Both the position numbers and the translations under genes were made by a program. Positions 34,490-43,634 of a DNA stretch of 43,634 nucleotides are shown piece after piece (position 1 is the first letter of the stretch; each line of letters begins with the position of its first letter). The notes beneath the pieces were generated by a model, which worked only from the letters and a program-made list of their open reading frames with translations, was not told where the DNA came from and searched no databases. The DNA lies in the NCBI RefSeq assembly GCF_000485595.1, contig NW_014577070.1, positions 600,630-644,263 on the forward strand. Direction: 5' to 3'. This DNA is from Priapulus caudatus (taxonomy: Eukaryota).

Positions 34490-36425
34490 GTAGGCGCCTT
34501 AGTGCTTATTATAAGCTTTCTTAGTGTGTATGTCCGTATGTCGTTCCGTCGGCGCGATGTGTCGGGCGCGATCATCACCTTTGACCTCACGCAGGAGGTT
34601 CACGCTGCGGGAGTGTCGCCGTAGGGGATGAGGCGGCGGAGGAGGAGGAGGAGGGGGTCGATATTTGTGATGCTCGGCGTTGACCTTTGACCCTCGCGTG
34701 CAGTCGGTGTGGGGGTGTCACTAGGATGGGAGTGTCAGTCGGATGGGGTGGGACATGGTGGGGTGGGTGGGGTTGTGTTTCCCTCATTTGTCCACGCCAA
34801 TCTCGCTGTGCATTTTAACGTTGTACGGTAGTGTACTAAAGTACGCTGAACATTCTATAAAGTACCAAGTGCTAAGTCGCTTACATTTATTACGTTTTCT
34901 TGGACTGGATTTATAAGGTCATGCTGATTCGTCTGCAAAGAAGTATTTCACTTCTTCTTCCTGGTCAAGACTTCCCATGTTAACGATTTCGTCTGGATGT
35001 CATCTCATCCCATTGTTATTTAATCTTTTGCGCGTTATTCCGTTTACGAGTCAGTAAGATCAACATCAGATGTTAAATGGGTCGTTTAACATCGACATTA
35101 ATGCCGAAAAGATTAGAGCATACGATGGTTTTTAACAAAGATATGGTTCATCTCAGATATCCAAGATACACGTTGCCGAAAACGGCGATTCATCGTAATC
35201 GACACGAGCTACAAAGCTGTGCATATATAGCTGTAAGGTTTCCATGCGCCGTGTTTATACAGATATTTCAAGAAAATTTATAAACTCCGTATTCTATATA
35301 TAAATTCCACGTGATGTATTGATTAATCCCACGTGCTGCCCCGTAACCCTACTATCGACAGAAATCAAAGTTTGAAGATGCTGTCTAGTTAAGTGTAGTG
35401 TTAAACCCCGGCATCTGCCTCTTATCTGCTCTAAGAATAGCAGCAAAAGCTAGACAGTTCCCCGCGTTTGCTGCTGCCATATACTGTAATAACCTAGTGC
35501 TAATAGACCTTGCTAAAGATGGACGTATCCCGCAGAAAGGCGTGCTCGCAACACCCACAGATACAAATAACTTTACTTCTTATGCGCTAATAATGCAACA
35601 TTTACTGCTTCTTGCTTTCGGCTGCGCTGGATACGCGCCATAGGCGGTGTATAGTTTATCTGTACGTATAGATAGGTTGTCTTGCTTGTGTGATTGTATA
35701 CACAAGCGTGATTGTATACATACGTGTAACTATATCAAGGAATGTTACTAAAATGATTAGGTTGGATAATGTTCTGCGTTAGTTGCTAACTCTTTATAAT
35801 TTCTAAAACCCATGAACCTCTCGCCTCTAAGTCTAAGATGTTAGCCAGCTAGATCCAGCTATTACTGTACAATACTAGAAAAAAACACGCGTCGATCACG
35901 ATGAATTTAGCCATGTGCTCGCTAAAATGATGCTTTTGGCCTGGCATCGTAGCTTACAAATTTAGTAGTTTCGATTCCCTAGCGTGTTATGAATTGTAAA
36001 ATATCATTCCAACGTATATAAATATTTTTAATCAGCACAGAGTTCGCTTCGGTAATAGCGAATACACAAGACGTTTAATATGTGTAGCCTTCTAGGCTCT
36101 TGACCTGATGTTATAGAGGGATACGGTCTGTGATCTGAGGTCTGGTTTCAGGCGGCATATGGCGTGGAAATAGCTGTGCGGTAGGGCACGTGTGTGATGT
36201 TGATAGTTGTCAGTGTCTCTGCGTGAAGAGGCTTGAGGGGTAGCATGCTTGTGGTGTGCCTTTACGCGTGTGTGCATGCGGGCCCTGCACGCGTGCGCTG
36301 CTTGTACACGTGCCTATGAGCGTGTGTAACGTATGCGTGCGCGCGCGTGTGCGTGTGTATTTGCCAAGCGTGCGTGTGTGTGACTGAGCGTGGGTGCGTG
36401 TTAGTGAGTATGGTTATGTGCGTGC

Positions 36426-36428
<3 letters not shown>

Positions 36429-36508
<80 letters not shown>
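36429..36508. repeat. (GT)n microsatellite, about 40 units
   Basis: Seen directly. Confidence 0.97.
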
Positions 36509-36509
<1 letters not shown>

Positions 36510-37886
36510 TGGTGGGTGGGGGGGGTAACTAGAGTGTTGGCGTTGTGACGTGAGCAGTGAGTTATGTGCATGCATGCGTGGTGCATGCCACCGTCAAACG
36601 GGACGTGTGTATTAGCGTGACTGGAGGTTGGCGTCCGTACGTTGAGCTGGTCGAGTGCGTGCGGCAGCATGTGTGGTGTGTGTGACTGTGCCTGTGGTGT
36701 CGTGTGGGTGCTGTGCGTGCGTGTGTGCGTGTGTGCGTGCGTGTGTGCGCGTGTGTAGGAACTACATGTTTAGGAGTATGAATGAGTAATGGTCCCCACG
36801 AAGCCACTCGTGATGCTGAGGAAGGGATGAACAAGCGTGGTAGATCTGCGAGCGATGGGTGCCTCCCTGCCTGCATGGCCAGTCATTTACTTTCCACATT
36901 CCTCGTGAATCACGCCAATGTATTTCAATACGAATTTATTTGCCATGGTCCCGTAACATTTGGTATTCGATGAAGTAAACGTCGGTGTTGTGGACGAGAG
37001 AACGCAGGCTATTTTGGGTACTACAGTTAATGATGTGGGATCGCATGCTGTTGCAACACGATGTGCAACTACAAAAAATCTAGGAACTATTACCAGCGGG
37101 AAATAGTGAAGCCCCTTATATTATCTAATGGAAACCGTTGTTCCGTGGAAGGCGTGTTGTTAATTTCCTCTTTCGTCAACGTTTAAGTTGTTATAACGAG
37201 GCGGCATCTTTAAGTATCTCTGTTTCTTTCGTTTAGCATATTATTTACAGTATCAGCGGCGCACTGAAGTGTATGGGGAGAAGTGGCCGGCTGCTGTTGC
37301 TTACTGCGTTCTTCCATTAAAGATGTTGGTAGCCAAAATATATTTACCTGGAACCATTGCTGCATCAACAATGCACACCCAATTTCTGTTGTTCGGACCA
37401 GTGTTTTAAGGATACAGTCAAGCTGTTATAAGAAATTTTACCGATTTTTTATTTTTATTCTATTTCGATGGCTAACACTAGGTGATGGTAAACAGCTCAC
37501 AAATGTCGAGCTGGTGTGAGGAATATATGCGGTTAACGCCAGACTCTGTGCGTATGCGAGGAAGAAGCGTAAACATATTATTAATTATACGAGACGATGA
37601 CTCGACAACAAAATCCAGGAATCTGTGATTTCGAAGTTTGTGTATTCTGACACAACATGCGTGTTCGGCGGCATTCTAACGTTTCCGGTAGAACGAACGG
37701 CTGTTAATCCTATACGTACGTTTTTTTGAAAGAAAATAATTCAAGAAACGGAAACACTTCTTTGTTAAGTATCGGATGTTTCTTTTGTACGCGAAGGGTT
37801 CTTTGACTTTTTCCCCGTTTTTTTTTCAAGAGTGAAGGTCAACAGACTGCAGCGACAACAGCCAACCGATTGGCGATATTTTAGAA

Positions 37887-38049
37887 CAGTGCTTCTTAAA
37901 CTATTTCAGTGTTATTCACACTCGAGTCTTTATCACAAAATTTCATTCACCCGCGACTAAATTTCCTTATGTTTTTGGTAAGTTTCATTCACCCCAAAAA
38001 TAATTTCATTCACCCTTCGGTGAACCATTCACCAGTTTAAGAAGCACTG
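37887..38049. mobile_element. hAT (Charlie-like) MITE, 163 bp
   Basis: Perfect 16-bp TIR cagtgcttcttaaact / agtttaagaagcactg; 8-bp flanks ttttagaa / ttctagaa (NTCTAGAN-like TSD); internal ttcattcacc repeats. Confidence 0.85.
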
Positions 38050-38399
38050 TTCTAGAAAAATAGAAACTATTGTTTCCAATGAGCTGTTGTTGTACACGCG
38101 ATAACGTCCGGCAACAACCGTAACGACAATAAATATTTTGTCAACTAAAGTCGTTTAATACTTTCCAACGAAGTAGTCGCGCGACTTTTAATAAGTAGCC
38201 AATCACAGCCGTAGATAATTGTTACATAGGTGCGTGATTTTTTGCAAACGAAAATTAGGCTACTTTACGAAAATTAGGCTCTCTTTGCATTGCAATAGCG
38301 TCTGTCGAACAAGGAAATTCGGTTTTATATAAGATGTGGGACATTTATTGTTCACGGCTTCCTAGCTAAAAGAAAACACTTTTCTATCCTTGCTAGCAC

Positions 38400-38417
38400 A
38401 TGGCATCGAAAGCAATG
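38400..38417 (+). CDS. Candidate alternative micro first exon (MASKAM)
   Basis: acATGG start context, consensus donor ATG|GTAAGT (phase 0), TATATAAG at 38326 and CCAAT near 38199. Confidence 0.35.
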
Positions 38418-41400
38418 GTAAGTCCATGCAACATTCAACACTCGAGTTAAAAAGTCGAGTTAAGTGTGCAAATTTAAAAAATCCGCCATTGTGTAACGAA
38501 AAAAGAGAGAACCTGCAGTCTGACTGGGACCATTCGCTGCGAATTTGACGCTTTGTTTTTTTGTCATGTTTTTGTTGTTTTGTTGCTTGTTTTTTGTTGG
38601 TTGTTTTTTGCGTTGTGGTTGGTTGTTGTCGCTGCAGTATGCCTTACAATCGCTACACGTAAAAATAATATGATAATGACAAATTATAATAATAAATAAT
38701 GGAAAATTGAGGTTGTTTGGTTGCATGGCGTAAAATTATTTTCGATTATTGCGAGTTTTTAGGGGAAAATATTATCCATATTAAATTCTCAAAAAGGCAA
38801 ATCTAAAATTCAAACGAATGCGTTAGAAATTGAAAATCGCCTGATAACTACATTAATAGCAGCTAATATGCCTATGAAGTTATAAAAGGAAGAAACGATG
38901 ATTTATTCCCAGTGTACCCCGTAAAAATATACCATTTTCCAGTTCCCGGTTAAATACAAATGGCAGATTATAACCCTATTCCCGATTAACGGAAAATTCG
39001 TCTGGTATCTTTCCGATAATTAAAATGGTACAATCCACGGCCCCTCTCAAGAATAGTAACGATTTGACCAGCCGCATTAGATGTTGAACAGCGGATGATC
39101 GGTGCATGAGGAATGTTCGCCGGTCACGTGTGGTGCATACAGAAGAGCTGTATCAGTCTGCGTCTCACATACCAGCATCTGACTCAGTTTAGACCGATGC
39201 TTCTCGTAACCTAGAGATCCAGTCTGTCATGTCATGTAGCAGCAGCGTTTGCTGGTATGCGCGGCCGCTGTACTGTGACTACTGTCGTACTGTCGGTGAA
39301 TGCGTTACGGCAAACTTCGCTTTTTTCTCACGATCAGGTTTATGCGTTTCAAATCAAACTTTTGTTCGCCGAATCGTCTAGACTAATAATATTTCAGAAC
39401 GTTGTGCGGAACAGCGTCTGGTCCACGCCCACGATATAAACCGCAGCGATTACTTAGTTGTTGAGTCGAAATAATTTGTTAATAATTTGCTTGTGACGGT
39501 TAGCTTTAAAGTGGGCGGGCGATTTTCTCCTAACGGAAACCGAGAAACAGTTTTTTTCGCGGTTAGTAACGTAAACGCCCACAAATAATACATAATAAAC
39601 AAAAATTATATATATATATATATATATATAGTAATTAGGATCACGCTCTCATTTTGAAGTAAACACGATTTTCCACACGCATTTCACTTCACTGAAATTG
39701 GTAATAAACCTTTACTCAGTCTACTGTCAAGCCGTGCCACAACTGTCCAACTCATTCCGCGATTGAACGCTAGTTGAACTTCTCACACCACGTGGTCCCT
39801 GGCAGCTCGGTTTCATTGGTCCAGCGTCAACATCATCGGCGACAATTACAATCCTCGTCATTGATCCATTGGCCCGATTGGGGTGATAATTGAGGGGCAT
39901 GGAAATAACTATAAGATCATGTAATATACATAATAGATGTACCGATTCATAATCACATTGGTCTATGCGCTAGAGTTCATTCGCCGCTTAAAGGTTTTAA
40001 AAATGGATTCATTACCTTTAGCTGGATCAATTATTAGCTTATCGCATATATGTTATCATACATCGACGTCGTTCATTCAGCACCAACAGCAGCGCGAATT
40101 ATCATAGGTTTTGGCTTCTAAATTTAGTGTGGCCGGCATCGTGAAACCATGTCTCGTTAAGAAGGCAGTCATTATTCATTAACTGTGCAACTATCACGAC
40201 GTCATGTGGACCCTAACAATAAAACCTGTATGAAATAATGCCGGCCTAAATGACATTTTTCAACGCCCGCCCCACCCCTCTTTGCCGTATACGTAGGCCG
40301 TAACGCGTGCGTGCGTGCGATACAGGCGTATCGTACGGTGCGTCCGTCTCTCCTCTCTCTTTCTCAACTTTCTCTCCTCTTCTCTTCCTCTTTCGTCTAT
40401 CATCTATCTATCTTATTTAGGTCCGTATCATTCCCTCTCGGCTCCTTCCGTATATATATCTCTATATTATATCTAATATCTATATATAATGCAAGCAGTT
40501 ACAGTAATATAATTAATGGGAGGTTATTCCCCCATTCTCCCCATTTATGTACTCTTTGATATCATAGACTATATTATATTATATATAATATATATTATTA
40601 GTTTTTATTTCTTTACACGGTTTTTATCCTACACGCGTGTGCTCGGTCGGATGTGGACTTACTTATATATAATTTAATATATATATATATTATATATAAT
40701 CTATTATCACTATAATTACTATATATATATATTATCACTTTATCCAGTTGTTGATGTTATTCGACTCGCTCGCTTTTATACCAGCGTTTTTCTGGTTTTC
40801 CTCGTAAAGTAAGAGATTCCGACAACAGGCCCGCATTCCTTCTTTTCCGCCCACATTTCTTCTGATGACGTGGCCTACCGCTGCTGACGCATAGACGCGA
40901 GGTGGTGGAGGAGGCATCGCACCTACAAACGCGCGCCAGCCTAATGCTATAGTCAGCAAACACGAAGCTAGACAAATAAGCAGCCGCATTGCACGCGTCC
41001 CCGTCACAGTGGGTGACGGGAAGTATCGCGATATATCGATGTAACCTCTGAAAGCTCGTCGCTGAAGTTTTAGCTGGCATCGTTGTTGTCTACGTGTGGA
41101 TAACCCTGCGTACGGGGATACCTCTATAAAGCGGGCACCTGTCCGTGGACGGCCAGGTGTGGTGTTTCCCGTGAGAGGGAGTTACACAGGGACACCACCT
41201 TGTTGGAGTCACGGTCACCTGTCCATAGCGGACACTCGGTGTTTCCATTGAGCGTCTCTTCTTGAAGGGTTGTCTGTGTTTGCTTTCGTCCCGTATTCAA
41301 GTTTAGCGAATAACTAAATGTAGGTACTCCCGCTATTAGATGAGTCATGTCCGTAACCGAGAACCTGTGATGCGATGCAATAAGAGACTGACTGGCCGTG

Positions 41401-41854
41401 CAGACATCGGAATTCATGTACATCTTCGTTAACGAATGAGCCAGCACGGAAGTACTGAGTTTTTAACACAAATACAAAACTGACGTATTTTGGTTATTGA
41501 AATAAATAGCTGGTTTTTGGTAAAAACATTGCGTAACATCTGTTGCGTAGTCCTATATATTTTTCATTATATTTATTTTTTCATTTCATTATTTTATAGC
41601 ATTGTTTTGCCTACGCAAAATGCATTACTGATAACAAAAATGCCCCACTATATATATATGCTAGTCATGATGGGGGTTTATATTGCTCGTAGTACACTAG
41701 CATATATTAGGACTAGCAGCATTATTTATAGCTTCGAATTCCACTTGATGACAGTTTCTGGCACGGCAGTAACATGTGCGTACTGACAGTACACAGATAT
41801 ACATCGAGTCTCGTGGTTATTTCTGCTCCCTTCTCGCGCACCGCCCGCCGCTAT

Positions 41855-41872
41855 ATGCAGCCAAGGGAAACG
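41855..41872 (+). CDS. Candidate alternative micro first exon (MQPRET)
   Basis: ATG then consensus donor ACG|GTAAGT (phase 0); GC-rich leader; MEF2-consensus TTATTTATAG at 41722-41731. Confidence 0.3.
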
Positions 41873-42205
41873 GTAAGTCTGTCTACACAGACCGAACTTC
41901 CTTGAGCTCGCCACGTACAAGGAGAGTTCCGGTTCCGGTTTTGTAACCATGGGACCGTGACACCGGATGATGCTTGTACGATGTAGTCTGTACGAGTAGT
42001 ATTTTTCGTCTGTCATGATTTGTGATTTTCTTCAAGAATGAATTAACAAAGACGTAAAAACACCGAAATCGTCTACGGTGAATTTAACTTTACGACGTTT
42101 AATGTACGGATTTTTACGCACCAACACGGTGTCGGATCGTTTTAGTACTTTCATTCAGAAAACTTGGTTAAAAGTGAAAATATATATACCACGAACTGAG
42201 ATTTA

Positions 42206-42362
42206 AGCCCGTCGCACACGTGAGTTATTTTACTCAAGTAAAATGACGCATGAGTCAAATTACTCAACGAAAATCCGCCGCACACGTGAGTAAAATGACG
42301 CATGAGTCAAATTACTCAACGAAAATCCGCCGCACACGTGAGTAAAATGACTCATGCGTCAC
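42206..42362. repeat. 52-bp tandem repeat (about 2.5 copies), probably the subterminal part of a TIR element
   Basis: aaatgacgcatgagtcaaattactcaacgaaaatccgccgcacacgtgagta at 42241 and 42293; preceded by taa|gcccgtcgcacac. Confidence 0.8.
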
Positions 42363-43434
42363 ATAATTGAGATTTAGAGTGCCCCATCAGTGTCATTGGA
42401 AGCAGTTTTTGTTCGCTGCCATTAGAATATAGAAACACCGCGTTATGGACCGCTCTCGCAGATCCTATTGTCAATGCCTGTGGAATCAGATGTGATGATA
42501 TATTATACATAAGGTCGTACCTGCATAGGTCAATGCAGCTGTTGGTTCGGCGATTAGTTTATTCCTCGCTGTTTTATGAAGCGTAATCTATTTGTGCTTT
42601 CTGATGCACTCTGTCCGTGAAACATTGTGATATATTTTTGAAGGTAGTCTCATAGCTCTTCCGTATACTGTCGATGTTTGATTTCTTATGTTAACTATTG
42701 GCTAATGTCAGAGAAACCTCTGGGGAAGGGGCTGGAAGCAGAGAGCGACCAATTAGAGTAGGGGGGGGGGGACCCTTGTGCTACCCCGATCAGACAGAAC
42801 CGTAGACCTATGTACCAGCAGGAATGAGATGGATATATAAATGCCGAATAGACAGACCAGTGGCAACACGCACTATTCGCAGCAGGAAAATTTCAAGACA
42901 AATGGTAAATTTCTCGACCGCGCAAGAGACAACTGCACCACTTTCCTGGTTGCACTCGTACACGTCAGCCACCGGAAATCGCTGCAAGCTGTTTCCTTGT
43001 AATACGTCACAAGTAGCATGGTTTTTAAAAGCACTTACACTGCTGAACATTTGAGAACATTTTCACCGTACTAGCGTTAGGTGTATATATTACTCGAGCG
43101 TTTGCACGCGTGTGAACTGTGGTAAATGAAATGCTAGCGGTACTACTGTACGTGCTGTCTACTGCACTGCCTCACATCTGGAGATGGTTTGTACCCTCCA
43201 GTTATACCCAGGATAGAATAAGGCGCCTACTCTTTATTTATAGTTCAGAAACGAGTCGTAGTTTTGATAGCCTTACGCGTGGCTGTATACTACAAGACGT
43301 GGTAGATACCGATAATACGTCCGCCATGTTTGTTCCTATCACAGTTCATATACGGAAGTGTAATGTCGTAGGATCATTTCAGTAACCTGATACAATGTGA
43401 AGCTGTGAAACGCTTCTCTCCTATACGATGTCAG

Positions 43435-43634
43435 CTTTATCTCTCTCAATCTCTTTCTCGCTCTCTCGCTCTTTCTTTCTTTCTCTTTCTTTCTCTTTAT
43501 CTCTATCTTTCCTCTCTCTGTCTCTCTTCGTTACGCTCTCTCTGTCTCTCTGTCTCTCTCGCTCTCTGTTTCGATCTCTCCCTCTCTATTTCTCTCGCTC
43601 TCTTTCGCTCTCGCTCTCTATTTCTCTCTCTCTC
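43435..43634. repeat. CT-rich simple repeat at window end
   Basis: Seen directly. Confidence 0.95.

Noticed and set aside
34594..34683. Possible exon after ttgacctcacgcag encoding a poly-Glu stretch
   Set aside because: The phase-0 frame stops at TAG 34622-34624, there is no CCDC141 similarity and no clear donor.
1..43634. tRNA, rRNA or hammerhead/HDV ribozyme motifs (for example ctgatga at 40862, ggccggcat at 40131)
   Set aside because: No supporting stems or cloverleaf found by eye; the 40131/40239 pair is only a short inverted repeat. A covariance-model scan would be needed to exclude them fully.

Overview
Intron-rich animal (invertebrate-like) genomic DNA; the species cannot be determined from the sequence. 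The main feature is a + strand multi-exon gene for a SESTD1-like protein (SEC14/CRAL-TRIO domain plus spectrin repeats). Sixteen GT-AG exons from 11137 to 31363 splice in phase to about 1453 codons, including a 2.3 kb acidic low-complexity exon. A frame-disrupted upstream exon lies at 7281-7997. About 3 kb downstream on the same strand is a TATA/Inr-preceded first exon (34334-34489) matching the N-terminus of CCDC141. This mirrors the vertebrate SESTD1-CCDC141-TTN order. The last SESTD1-like exon and the CCDC141-like exon both end at phase-0 donors, so a spliced SESTD1-CCDC141 fusion is possible. Two further phase-0 micro first-exon candidates occur at 38400 and 41855. Introns hold non-autonomous Helentron/DINE-like elements (one with a 146-bp tandem array), PIF/Harbinger-, hAT- and TA-flanked MITEs, a truncated RTE LINE with a TSD, locally duplicated splice sites and many microsatellites. 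Signs of assembly noise include an N gap, redundant gap flanks and a duplicated, indel-rich first 1.7 kb. Homology calls rest on remembered family sequences, not on database searches.
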